Assembly (NCBI GenBank): GCA_047602405.1
Contig: JASGHJ010000001.1
Location: forward strand, 896,001-960,000
Length of the DNA: 64,000 nt
Direction of reading: 5' to 3'
Origin: Anaeromyxobacteraceae bacterium
GTDB taxonomy: Bacteria > Myxococcota > Myxococcia > Myxococcales > Anaeromyxobacteraceae
The notes under the pieces are model-generated. The model had not been told where the DNA came from and ran no database searches. It was given only the letters and a program-made list of their open reading frames with translations. This document shows positions 20,464-32,006 of the stretch, one piece after another. Every line of letters starts with the position of its first letter. The first letter of the stretch is position 1. The position numbers and the translations under genes are program-made.

Positions 20464-21762
20464 TCACTCTTCTGGCAAGACCTGACGCCCGACCTGCGCC
20501 GGAAGCGCTTCGAAGTAGCGCTTCATCCGGAGCATGCGGGACTCCAAGAGGAACCAACTCGCCCGTGCGAGCCCATAGCTGAGCAACGCTCCGGCGGCGA
20601 TGTACCCCAGGTTCATCAGTCTGCCCTCGACAGCGAACCCGAACCTCGCGAGTACCCGCTGGCCTTCGCTATGGAGCGGCCAATGGAGCACGTAGATCGC
20701 GTAGCTGTACTTCCCTAAGGACCTCGGCAACCTCGAGGCGAGGATCAGGCACACCCAGGCGGTGCGTTGCAGTGCGAGCCAAAGGATGGTGGCGAACGGA
20801 ATCGAGACCAGCGTGTATCCGAAGGTCAGCACCCACGGGTTCTCCCAGGTCCACTGCGACCACGTCAGCGGCAGCGCCACCAGGAGAAGAACGGACGCTC
20901 CTACTAGTGCGTTACGGATCGTGTAACGGAATCGCAGCGTGGCATCACGCATCAGGGCCGCCAGCGCCGCTCCGATTAGCAGACCGTCCATGCGGCAGAC
21001 CGTGAGGCGATGGATGGGCTTGTCGAAGTGTGGGCCCCACAGCAGGTCGCCCCCGAACGACAAGCCTGCGCGACAAGCGATCGCGCAGAGGATGCCTGCC
21101 AGCGCCAGCCACAGCGTTCGGCGCGGCGTTTGCGCCCACCAGACGGCGAGCGCCCAGCCCACATAGAACTGTTCTTCCACCGCTAGTGACCAAAAGTGAA
21201 TCAGGCCGCTGACATCTCGGTTCTGAGCCGCCAGGAGGTTCTGGGTGTAAGTCCAGTAGAAGAACTGGGTCCGGGGCTGGATGACGTTGTCGAGAAGCTC
21301 TCTGTCCCTCCCTTGGAGGACCGCGCCAAGCCCGAAGTACAGCAGCACGAACCAGCAGAACAGGACCGCATAGTACAGAGGGAAAATGCGGAGGGAGCGA
21401 CGCGCAAAGAAGGACGAAAAGTAGTTCGGCGCTGCTCGGGTATCCAAGAGGATGCCCGTAATCAAGAAGCCAGACAGCACGAAGAACAAGTCCACGCCAG
21501 CCCACCCGAAGCCGATCAACGTGGACGGCAGTGCGTCGAAACCCGTCTGGTAGCGAGCTCGGTAGCCAAGGCCGAAGTGGAAGATGACCACGAGCGTGAT
21601 CGCCAAGCCACGCAGGCCGTCAAGCTCGGGGAGCTGTGTTCGACGCTCATCCAGAGCCGACGAACGCCGCTCCACAACCGCGCGTTCTTCTGCCCAACGA
21701 GACGGGTCCGTCACCAAGGCATTCTCCCACATGCCCGGGGTTTGCTCGAACCGCGGCATCAT
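20464..21762 (-). CDS. OafA/acyltransferase-3 family membrane O-acyltransferase (start uncertain)
   Basis: LDGLRGLA; GVDLFFVLSGFLI; RRSLRIFPLY; HFWSLAVEEQFY; SYAIYVLH. Confidence 0.9.
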   Translation of the reverse strand: MMPRFEQTPGMWENALVTDPSRWAEERAVVERRSSALDERRTQLPELDGLRGLAITLVVIFHFGLGYRARYQTGFDALPSTLIGFGWAGVDLFFVLSGFLITGILLDTRAAPNYFSSFFARRSLRIFPLYYAVLFCWFVLLYFGLGAVLQGRDRELLDNVIQPRTQFFYWTYTQNLLAAQNRDVSGLIHFWSLAVEEQFYVGWALAVWWAQTPRRTLWLALAGILCAIACRAGLSFGGDLLWGPHFDKPIHRLTVCRMDGLLIGAALAALMRDATLRFRYTIRNALVGASVLLLVALPLTWSQWTWENPWVLTFGYTLVSIPFATILWLALQRTAWVCLILASRLPRSLGKYSYAIYVLHWPLHSEGQRVLARFGFAVEGRLMNLGYIAAGALLSYGLARASWFLLESRMLRMKRYFEALPAQVGRQVLPEE

Positions 21763-21863
21763 GGGCTCGATGCGTTGCTGTCGCTGAGCGCCGCCCCTTG
21801 AAGCGCTCTCTACTGCCTCGACGCTGAGCTTCGGTCGCTCCTCACGTCCGCTGCCAGGTTTGG

Positions 21864-22646
21864 CTAGGCACGCGGTCTGCCCGACAGTAGCAGATGGATC
21901 GTGCCCGTCTGGGTGAGCAGATCGACCGGTTGCCCGGTCGGCCCCGTCACGTTCCTGTACCCGAGCGAGGCGACGAGCTCTACGAACTCCTGCCGCGAGA
22001 CGCCGAGTTCCCCCCAGCTCGCGCAGTGGCACTCGATCACGACCGTGGGGTGATACCGGCGCAGGGTCTCCCGCGCGCCGCGCAGCACCTCAAGCTCGTG
22101 CCCCTCAACGTCGATCTTCATCGCGTCCGGGACAAGCTGCGGATGCTCGAGCAGCCACCCGTCGATGGAATGGGTCTTCACCTCAATTTGTGGGACTGCC
22201 TTCGAGGGATCCGGCACCCAGAAATTGTTCCAGGCTCCTGGATAGTTGGATAAGCGCAGCGTTCCCGGACCGCTCGAGACCGCCATCTGCTCGACCGTCA
22301 CCGTCGTGGTTCCGTTGAGGTCAAAGGTCTGCCTCATGACGTCAACGGTGGATGGAATGGGCTCGAACGTCACGGACCGGAGACGCCCTCCCTTGGCCTT
22401 CGTAAGAGCCGTTACGTAGAGCCCGACGTTACCGCCCACGTCCAGGTAGACGCCGTCGTCCGGCAGCGCAGTAGCCAGGAAGTCGAACAGGACGACGTCC
22501 TCGTTACGGCCGGTCCAGAAGAAGACGCCGACCGACCGAGGTAGCAGCATCTCCTGTCCCAGGGCACCTGGAACTCGGTACCCACGGAACCCGCCCCGCG
22601 CAAGCGCGAAGGCCTTCTGGGCCCGGTGCAGCCAGCGAGAGTTCAT
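21864..22646 (-). CDS. FkbM-family methyltransferase
   Basis: YLDVGGNVG; FEP; MKIDVEGHELEVLRG. Confidence 0.9.
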   Translation of the reverse strand: MNSRWLHRAQKAFALARGGFRGYRVPGALGQEMLLPRSVGVFFWTGRNEDVVLFDFLATALPDDGVYLDVGGNVGLYVTALTKAKGGRLRSVTFEPIPSTVDVMRQTFDLNGTTTVTVEQMAVSSGPGTLRLSNYPGAWNNFWVPDPSKAVPQIEVKTHSIDGWLLEHPQLVPDAMKIDVEGHELEVLRGARETLRRYHPTVVIECHCASWGELGVSRQEFVELVASLGYRNVTGPTGQPVDLLTQTGTIHLLLSGRPRA

Positions 22647-22675
22647 CCCCACCGAATACGACGCTCCGCGAGCCC
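22585..22675. repeat. Direct repeat copy 1 (91 bp, 5' end and upstream of the FkbM gene)
   Basis: Ungapped match to 27366..27456, about 11 mismatches by manual count. Confidence 0.9.
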
Positions 22676-22760
22676 TGCGCAATGAGTCGTCCGAGGCTTC
22701 TGCACGGCGCTCGTTAGGCCACTTCAATCCCTCCTCCGTACCGACTTCTTCAAGAAACTG

Positions 22761-23387
22761 CTAGCCGGGGGCCGCAAGTGGACGCGCCTCCTTTTCCAGG
22801 CGCGACACGAAGTGGAGCCCTCGCTCGAAGATGAGATCTGCTGGGAAAGGATAGAGGCCGACCTGCGTCTGGTAGGCGCTGACGTGAAGGCCCAGCTTCT
22901 CCCACGCGGAGCTCCACGTCGCGGCGCTCATGTAGTTGTACGGAAGCACGACGCCATGATGGGCGTTGCCCACCCAGTCCATGAAGCGGAGACGTACGTT
23001 CCCGAGCGGCGGATCGTTGGTGTGATCCTTGATGACCAAGCAGCCCCGGCTCACCCGGCATGCCTCGGCCAGGAGCTTCTCCGGGCTGTTCGTGTGATGC
23101 AGGACATCGACGAACATCACGACGTCGAAGGCCGCGTCTTCGAACGGGAGAACCTCGCCATCAAATTTCTGCACAGGAATCTTGGTGCCGGGACGCACCA
23201 GTACGTCGACGCCCTGGATCGCCACATCCGGACGACTCTGCTGGATCAAACCGTCGATCGAGCCATCGCCACAGCCGACGTCCAGCACCCGCGCGTTGGG
23301 AGGTATCAGATCGGCGATGGCGCGGCTGAGCGCACGAACCCGCCTACCGAAGACGACACGCTCGTGCAGCGCTCCGACGACGGTCAC
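22761..23387 (-). CDS. Class I SAM methyltransferase
   Basis: GTG start after AGGAGG and overlapping the upstream TGA; VLDVGCGDG; DVLHH; IKDH. Confidence 0.85.
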   Translation of the reverse strand: MTVVGALHERVVFGRRVRALSRAIADLIPPNARVLDVGCGDGSIDGLIQQSRPDVAIQGVDVLVRPGTKIPVQKFDGEVLPFEDAAFDVVMFVDVLHHTNSPEKLLAEACRVSRGCLVIKDHTNDPPLGNVRLRFMDWVGNAHHGVVLPYNYMSAATWSSAWEKLGLHVSAYQTQVGLYPFPADLIFERGLHFVSRLEKEARPLAAPG

Positions 23388-24616
23388 GCGCCCTCCTCCT
23401 GCTCGGACTCGAGTGGGCGTAGCTTCAGCTTGAGGATCGACACGAAGAAGCTCGCGAGTACGAGTTCGAGCCCCACGAGACCGGCGGTCGTGGACGGAAT
23501 GACGGCGCGGAGCGTGTGGGACGGGCTCAGGGGCCCGAACCCAATGGATCGCCAGCCGAGGACCGCGGAGATGGAGCCGCCGAGCCCGAGCGCGATCAAC
23601 ACCAAACCGAGCAGCAGACCCCACTCCAGCTTGAAGTGGGACAGGAATTGAGTGGTGGCGCGCGCTGGAATCAGACGTTCGATGGCCGCGAACAGGGTCG
23701 CGAGGGCTCCGAAGACGATCATCTGTGTTCCGATGAGCACGCCCAGGGAGCAATAGAGAAGCGTGTGTACATCCAGCTCCACGTGGCCCACATTTCGTGG
23801 CCCGGGCAGCAACCATCCACCTGTTGCGGTACCAGCAACGACGAGCAGCAGACCCGGATATAGAAACAACCACCGAGGGCTGTAGAGCAACATGAACCGA
23901 AGGTGTCGCCAGCCGTCTCGCCACGGCCTTAGGTGCGGCGGTCTAGATCGACCGTCCTTGCTGAGGGTGGTCGGAACCTCGGTCACCTTCATCCCGAGCA
24001 GCGTCGCCTTGATGACCATCTCGGAGGCGAATTCCATCCCTGTCGTGCGAAGGTCCATGCTCTTGAAGGACGCCGCGTTAAACGCCCTGAGACCGCAGTG
24101 GAAGTCCCGCACTGGCGCGCTGAAGAGTACGCGACCGAGTCCGGAGAGGACGGGGTTGCCGAGATAGCGGTTCTTCCATGGCATCGCGCCCGGCTGGATA
24201 CCTCCTTCGAACCGGTTGCCCATGACGAGGTCGAATCCTTCTCTGAGCCGGTCCAGGAAGTCCCCAAGCTCCGAGAAGTCGTAGCTGTCGTCCGCGTCGC
24301 CCATGACGACATACCGCCCCTTGGCCGCCAGGATCGCGTGGTAGAGCGCGGCCCCGTAGCCTCGGATCGGCACATGAATGACGCGGGCTCCCTCGCTGCT
24401 AGCGATCTCCTGTGATCCGTCCGTCGACCCGTTGTCGCCGATGACGATCTCTCCGTGGATTCCCTCAGACTCCAGGAAGCCACGAGCCTTCCGTATGCAT
24501 TTCGCGATCGTCTCCGACTCGTTGAGGCACGGCATGACGATCGAGAGTTCCAGCTCAAGGGCCGCGGTCGAGGGCGCCTGCGGTGCGGCAGATCCGGAGG
24601 CCGTTCCTCCACTCAT
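23384..24616 (-). CDS. GT2, polyprenol-phosphate glycosyltransferase (DPM1-like) with C-terminal TM helices
   Basis: MPCLNE; DNGSTDGS; MGDADDSYD; DFHCGLRAF; MEFASEM; hydrophobic C-terminus. Confidence 0.9.
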   Translation of the reverse strand: MSGGTASGSAAPQAPSTAALELELSIVMPCLNESETIAKCIRKARGFLESEGIHGEIVIGDNGSTDGSQEIASSEGARVIHVPIRGYGAALYHAILAAKGRYVVMGDADDSYDFSELGDFLDRLREGFDLVMGNRFEGGIQPGAMPWKNRYLGNPVLSGLGRVLFSAPVRDFHCGLRAFNAASFKSMDLRTTGMEFASEMVIKATLLGMKVTEVPTTLSKDGRSRPPHLRPWRDGWRHLRFMLLYSPRWLFLYPGLLLVVAGTATGGWLLPGPRNVGHVELDVHTLLYCSLGVLIGTQMIVFGALATLFAAIERLIPARATTQFLSHFKLEWGLLLGLVLIALGLGGSISAVLGWRSIGFGPLSPSHTLRAVIPSTTAGLVGLELVLASFFVSILKLKLRPLESEQEEGA

Positions 24617-25809
24617 GGGGTCGCCTCAGCGTCGGTCGGTTTGAAGGTCTCACCTGAGCGCTGGCACGCCACGACGAAGAACGCGAGCCCGAGCCAGACG
24701 AGACGGAAGGCCTCCGGTACGATCGGCATAAAATCGAACCTCGACATATAGGGAGTCCAGAAGCTCACGCATCCCGCCGCAAGTGCCATCCAGCTCCTGT
24801 TGGAGTTCTCGAGCGCGACGAGTTCGATCAGCGCGAGGACCACGAGGCCAATGGCGATCAGATCGTGTGTGTGGTGGTAGGCCCAGAGCTTCGAGACGGC
24901 CGCCATGCCCGCCAACGCCGCGAGGGCGGTCGCGTGGCGAGAGTACACCGCGAGTACAATGGCGAGCAGACCTCCACCAACGAGTCCGGCAGTGGTCACC
25001 AATTGCGTGCTCGCTCCCATGGACCGAAGCGGGTTCAGCAGGCCGAGGTAGGCGTTCTCGTAGGTCACGCCCTCGCTGAAGAGGCCCCGCAGCATGCGAA
25101 TCGGGTCCACTCCCGTTCGGAACCAGACCGCCGCGGCAGCAAGGGCGATCAGCCCACCCGCGATGCCGAGGGGTGTCCACTTCCGCCGCACGAGCGGAAC
25201 CAGGAAGAAGAGTGCTCCGAAGTGCGGCTTGATGGCGACCATCGCGAGGAAGACGCCAGCCAAGGCCTCTCTGCCCTTCCGGAGCTGAAGTGCAAACGCA
25301 ACCACCGCCGCCGTAAGCAGGAGTCCGTAGTTCAGGTGGCGGAGGCCGATCGCGAGGGGCAGTGTGGCTAGCGGAGCCACGGAAGCGAGCCTGAGCAGGT
25401 TCGGTTCGCCGCTGGGGATCAACTGGGGCGCGGACCGAACCATCCACACCACCGCGAACACGTTCCAGAGAACGAACACAAGGATGGCGGCGTTCCTGGA
25501 GACCGGCCAAACGAACGGAAGAGCTAGCGCGTAAGACCACGGCGGATACACGCCTCCCGGGCGTCCGATTTCGTCCAGGACACGAGTCTGGTCATGGAGA
25601 ACCGTGTACGGATCAACTCCCCGCACCACGTACGAAATTTCCTGCCAGCGCCATTCGAAGTCGGTGGAAGAACCCGAGCGAATAAAGCTCCATGACCACG
25701 CGAGCCCGATCAAGATGTACGCAACCACCAAGACGCCGAGCAGGGCCCGCACGGCTCTCGTAGCGAGAACGCGCTCGGTAAGGCGGGCCGCCTGCATGAA
25801 CTCGCGCAT
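24613..25809 (-). CDS. GT87/DUF2029-like GT-C membrane glycosyltransferase
   Basis: DF...GVDPY...VYPPW, LAMVAIKPHFG and YHHTHD motifs; polytopic membrane protein. Confidence 0.72.
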   Translation of the reverse strand: MREFMQAARLTERVLATRAVRALLGVLVVAYILIGLAWSWSFIRSGSSTDFEWRWQEISYVVRGVDPYTVLHDQTRVLDEIGRPGGVYPPWSYALALPFVWPVSRNAAILVFVLWNVFAVVWMVRSAPQLIPSGEPNLLRLASVAPLATLPLAIGLRHLNYGLLLTAAVVAFALQLRKGREALAGVFLAMVAIKPHFGALFFLVPLVRRKWTPLGIAGGLIALAAAAVWFRTGVDPIRMLRGLFSEGVTYENAYLGLLNPLRSMGASTQLVTTAGLVGGGLLAIVLAVYSRHATALAALAGMAAVSKLWAYHHTHDLIAIGLVVLALIELVALENSNRSWMALAAGCVSFWTPYMSRFDFMPIVPEAFRLVWLGLAFFVVACQRSGETFKPTDAEATP

Positions 25810-25925
25810 CGTAAGAGTTCATCATAGGTGACCCTGTGCCTCGAGAGAAACGAGCGTGCTATGAGTCACGCGCCCGGCTCGGCTCAAGGTGGAAACTTCA
25901 CGATGTCCCTGTGCGCTCCCAGCTC

Positions 25926-27275
25926 ATGCCGCCCCGCCCCCCCCTGAAGTGGCTGTCGTTCAGCGCGGCTCTGCTTCCGCAAGCCCGCGGCGGGACCGAG
26001 GTGTACGTCGCCCGGCTGGCGGAAGCACTCGCGAGCCTCGGCGTGCGCGTCACGCTGGCGTCCTACGGAGAACAGGAGTCCCCGTCGGAGCCCATGCCGC
26101 GTCGCGCGCTACCCCCGATCCCTTCGACTCCATCCCGTTGGCAGCGATGGAGTTGCCATCCTTTCCGTGAGGCGGAGTTCGCCAAGCTCCTTCGCGAGGT
26201 CGAGCCGGACGTCGTCCATTTCCATGGTTCGTTGGTCACGAACCCGCCCGAGTTCATGGCAGCGGCCAAGAGCCGCGGAGCGGTGGTTCTCTGGACCTTC
26301 CACGCCCCGGGCCAGACCTGTCTCCAGACGGCCCTTCTTCGCGAGGGTAGAACTCCCTGCGATGGCCAGGTGATCGCGCACCGTTGTGCTCGCTGCACGC
26401 TTGTCGCCGCAGGCATTCCGACGCCGCTCGCCCAACTTTTCGGAGCCGTCGACCTGCACGCGGTCGCAGGCCTCGTTCCACCTCCCGTTCGCCATCCGTT
26501 CGAGGTCAGGCGCGGAGTCGTCAAATTCCAGGAACGTCTCAACCGAGCGGTGGCCGAGGTCGACCTGAACATCACCCACGCCGATTGGACTCGGGAGCTC
26601 CTTCTGCGGAACGGAGCACTCCCCGAGTCCATTCGGCACCTGGCACTCCCGCCTCCGTCCGAGCAGGAGCTGGGCCTCAACTTCGGCGAGGCGGGCCCTG
26701 TGACACCGTCGGAAGGTCCTGGAGCTGCCTTCCGCCTGCTCTTCGCTGGACGCTTCATCGACGTGAAGGGGCTCCACCTCATCGCACGCGCCTTCGCTGG
26801 ACCTCTTCGACACGACCGAAGCATCACGCTGACCGTACTCGGCATCCCTGGCGTCGCGGCATACGAGACGAAGCTGCGAGCGCTCGTTGGGGGAGATCCG
26901 CGGGTGACCATCCTCGAATCTGCCGCGACGCCCACTGTCTTCAGGCACATGCGGGACGCCGACGCGGTGGTCGTGCCATCGACCTGGCTCGAGACCGGCC
27001 CTTACACCGTCCTCGAAGCCCAGCTCGCCGGCGCAGCGGTCGTCGGGACCGACCTGGGGGGCATTCGGGAGCTGACAAGGGAAGACCCTGAGGCCTACCT
27101 GTTCAAGCACGGAGACGTCGAATCACTGGCCGACTCGATCCGTGCCGCCGCAGGTCGGCGCCTCAGTCCATCTGCACGGCTGGAACGGTCGATGACGATG
27201 GCAAGCCGTCACCGAGGCCGCTTCACCGAGTCCCTCCACCTCCTCCTTCGCGAGTTGGCGTCCGCTCGGCCTTGA
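25926..27275 (+). CDS. GT4 glycosyltransferase with Cys-rich insert (paralogue of 9531..10856)
   Basis: GGTEVY; WTFHAPGQTCLQTAL; ETGPYTVLEA. Confidence 0.88.
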   Translation: MPPRPPLKWLSFSAALLPQARGGTEVYVARLAEALASLGVRVTLASYGEQESPSEPMPRRALPPIPSTPSRWQRWSCHPFREAEFAKLLREVEPDVVHFHGSLVTNPPEFMAAAKSRGAVVLWTFHAPGQTCLQTALLREGRTPCDGQVIAHRCARCTLVAAGIPTPLAQLFGAVDLHAVAGLVPPPVRHPFEVRRGVVKFQERLNRAVAEVDLNITHADWTRELLLRNGALPESIRHLALPPPSEQELGLNFGEAGPVTPSEGPGAAFRLLFAGRFIDVKGLHLIARAFAGPLRHDRSITLTVLGIPGVAAYETKLRALVGGDPRVTILESAATPTVFRHMRDADAVVVPSTWLETGPYTVLEAQLAGAAVVGTDLGGIRELTREDPEAYLFKHGDVESLADSIRAAAGRRLSPSARLERSMTMASRHRGRFTESLHLLLRELASARP

Positions 27276-27355
27276 TCACGAGCGGCGATCTTGCCGGTGG
27301 GGGCACGTTCACGTGTGCAGGTAGGTGTAGAGGCTAACCAGGCCGATGAGCGAGC

Positions 27356-27427
27356 CTAGAGGGCCCGGAATCCGCCCCGCGCGAGGGCGAACGCCTTCTG
27401 GGCCCGGTGCAGCCAGCGGGAGCTCAT
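27356..27427 (-). pseudogene. Truncated 5' relic of the FkbM methyltransferase gene (within repeat copy 2, 27366..27456)
   Basis: Translates MSSRWLHRAQKAFALARGGFRAL*, versus MNSRWLHRAQKAFALARGGFRGY for 21864..22646. Confidence 0.85.
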
Positions 27428-27498
27428 CCCCGACGAATACGACGGTCCGGGAGTCCGGGCAACGCGCCGGTGGGATCTGCACTAGAATCTAGGTACGC

Positions 27499-28452
27499 AT
27501 GGCCATCACCTGGGGGAATGAGCGCGTCGTCGTCACGGGGGGCGCTGGCTTCCTCGGCTCCTACGTGCTGGACGAGCTCGCTCGGCGCGGCGCCCGGGAC
27601 GTCTTCGTGCCGCGCTCGAAGGACTACGACCTCGTCGACATGGCCCGGGTCCGGGCGCTCTACGCCGACGCGAAGCCGACGATCGTCCTCCACCTCGCCG
27701 CCCAGGTCGGTGGCATCGGGGCGAACCGCGACAACCCCGGCCGATTCTTCTACGAGAACCTCATGATGGGCGTGCAGCTCATCGAGGTCGGCCGGCAGGT
27801 GGGCCTCAAGAAGCTCGTCGCCCTCGGCTCGATCTGCGCCTACCCAAAATTCTGCCCGGTCCCTTTCAAGGAAGCCGCGATCTGGGACGGCTACCCCGAG
27901 GAGACGAACGCACCCTACGGCATCGCGAAGAAGGCGCTCCTCGTGCAGAGCGACGCTTACCGGCGGCAGTACGGCTTCAACTCGATCGTGCTCTTCCCCG
28001 TGAACCTCTACGGGCCGCACGATAACTTCGACCTGCACACCTCGCACGTGATCCCGGCACTCATCCGCAAGTGCGTCGAGGCGCGCGAGCGCGGCGACAA
28101 GAAGATCGTCGCCTGGGGGACCGGCAACGCCTCCCGCGAGTTCCTCCATGCGCGCGACGCTGCCAACGGCGTCCTTGACGCCGCCGAGAAGTACGAGAAG
28201 TCCGAGGCCGTGAACCTCGGCGCCGGCTTCGAGATCCGCATCCAGGAGCTCGTGCCGCTCATCGCCCGGCTCTGCCGGTTTCAGGGCGAGATCGTGTGGG
28301 ATCCTTCCAAACCCGATGGCCAGCCCAGGCGCATGCTCGACACCTCGAAGGCGCTCCAGGAGTTCGACTGGAAGGCGCAGATCGGCTTCGAGGACGGGCT
28401 CCGCGAGACGATCGGGTGGTACGAGACCGAACGCAGCAGGGCGACGACCTAG
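27499..28452 (+). CDS. fcl: GDP-L-fucose synthase
   Basis: [58 protein letters not shown]. Confidence 0.93.
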   Translation: MAITWGNERVVVTGGAGFLGSYVLDELARRGARDVFVPRSKDYDLVDMARVRALYADAKPTIVLHLAAQVGGIGANRDNPGRFFYENLMMGVQLIEVGRQVGLKKLVALGSICAYPKFCPVPFKEAAIWDGYPEETNAPYGIAKKALLVQSDAYRRQYGFNSIVLFPVNLYGPHDNFDLHTSHVIPALIRKCVEARERGDKKIVAWGTGNASREFLHARDAANGVLDAAEKYEKSEAVNLGAGFEIRIQELVPLIARLCRFQGEIVWDPSKPDGQPRRMLDTSKALQEFDWKAQIGFEDGLRETIGWYETERSRATT

Positions 28453-28508
28453 TGCGCTGGGTCCTTCTCGCCCCCACTTCGACCAGCCGGAGGCGTTAGG
28501 ATCGTGAG

Positions 28509-29402
28509 ATGAGTCTGGTTCACCTCGCCTACCGCGGCTTGCGCCGTCTGGGCCTACAGCGTTACGTGAACTGGTCAGGTCGCGTACCGGCCACTTCAGT
28601 GCGAGCGCCGTTGCTTGGCGAGCCACTCGGGTCTGCGCTCATGCTCTACCGGGGCGACTGGAAGGGCGATGCCTTCCGGCGCCTGGCGCAGGCCATCCCG
28701 TTCAAGTCGGTGGTGGACGTTGGCGCCAACGAAGGCCACACGATCCTCGAGCTCCAACGCGCTGGCCTTGGCGCACTCCCGGTACATGTGTTCGAGCCGA
28801 CGCCTGCGTGCGCCTTCTACCTCACGCGCCTGATCGCGGCGAACGAATGGAAGCAAGTTCAGCTGTTTCCGTTCGCGCTCGCAGGCATCGCCGGAGCTGT
28901 GCCGCTCGAGCTCGAGTCGGAGAATTCGAGTGGGGCTTCGATCATCCCGGATCTGCGGCCGGGTCGGCGGATGGCGCTCAGACTCAAGGTGGCCGCCCTG
29001 CCCCTGGACCAGCTCGTTCAGCAGAACTTGGTTTCGCTCGAACGCGGTCTGGCGCTCATGAAGATCGACGTCGAGGGCGCAGAGCTGGACGTGCTTGCGG
29101 GCGCCCGCGAGACGCTGTCAACGAAGCGGCCCATCATCCTCTGCGAGGTGCTTTGGGCTGACGGGCCGACGCGCCTCGAGTTCATGCGCTCTCGCAACCG
29201 CGCCCTGATGGAGCTGCTCCATCAAGCAGGATACGAGGTCCACCAGCTGATTCTCAGCAAGGCCCAGGACCGAGTCCTTGGGCTGCGAGCACTTACGGAC
29301 TTCCCATCGGGCACCTACGGGCCCAACAACGCGCACGAGTGCGACTACATCTTCTTGCCGCGGGAGGTCGCCTCCTCGGTCATCCCCCACCTGAGCGGGT
29401 GA
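28509..29402 (+). CDS. FkbM-family methyltransferase
   Basis: VDVGANEG; FEP; MKIDVEGAELDVLAG. Confidence 0.9.
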   Translation: MSLVHLAYRGLRRLGLQRYVNWSGRVPATSVRAPLLGEPLGSALMLYRGDWKGDAFRRLAQAIPFKSVVDVGANEGHTILELQRAGLGALPVHVFEPTPACAFYLTRLIAANEWKQVQLFPFALAGIAGAVPLELESENSSGASIIPDLRPGRRMALRLKVAALPLDQLVQQNLVSLERGLALMKIDVEGAELDVLAGARETLSTKRPIILCEVLWADGPTRLEFMRSRNRALMELLHQAGYEVHQLILSKAQDRVLGLRALTDFPSGTYGPNNAHECDYIFLPREVASSVIPHLSG

Positions 29403-29412
29403 GGCGTCGCCG

Positions 29413-31624
<2,212 letters not shown>

Positions 31625-31630
31625 GCCCAC

Positions 31631-31948
31631 GTGCTCGCGAAAGGGGAACATCGCTGCGAGTCCTGCGGCGCGAAGCGCATCCGCCGGGCGCGGTCGCACA
31701 CGCCCTGGCAGAAGACAGTCGCGTGGCTGACGCCGCTCGAGCGCTACGCCTGCGGCGAGTGCAGCCACCGCGGCTGGCGGATCCCTTCCGGCGAGCGCCA
31801 CCTGGTGAACGTCGGGCTCGCCCCACGGCCGATCGAGAAGCGCGACCGGCGCAAGGCCCGCAAGGCCCGCACCGAGATCGTCCGGAGCGTGCTGATCGCC
31901 GTCGTGCTCGGCGCGACGGCCGCCCTGGTGTTCGTCCTCGGTAGCTAG
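31631..31948 (+). CDS. Small Zn-ribbon protein with C-terminal TM helix
   Basis: CESC...CGEC, basic linker, hydrophobic C-terminus; follows gmd by 6 nt. Confidence 0.7.
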   Translation: MLAKGEHRCESCGAKRIRRARSHTPWQKTVAWLTPLERYACGECSHRGWRIPSGERHLVNVGLAPRPIEKRDRRKARKARTEIVRSVLIAVVLGATAALVFVLGS

Positions 31949-32006
31949 GCGCCCGCCCGCCCGTTCTGTAATTTTCTCCCACCCTCCGTCCCTGCTAGAA
32001 CGAGGC

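Noticed and set aside
22713..22719. GTTAGGC integron core-site-like heptamer near the cassette edge
   Set aside because: No matching inverse core site, attC hairpin or integrase seen; a 7-mer is expected by chance.
27309..27358. Minus-strand fragment LGSLIGLVSLYTYLHT* next to the FkbM relic, possibly the tail of a deleted membrane gene
   Set aside because: Too short to support without a homology search.
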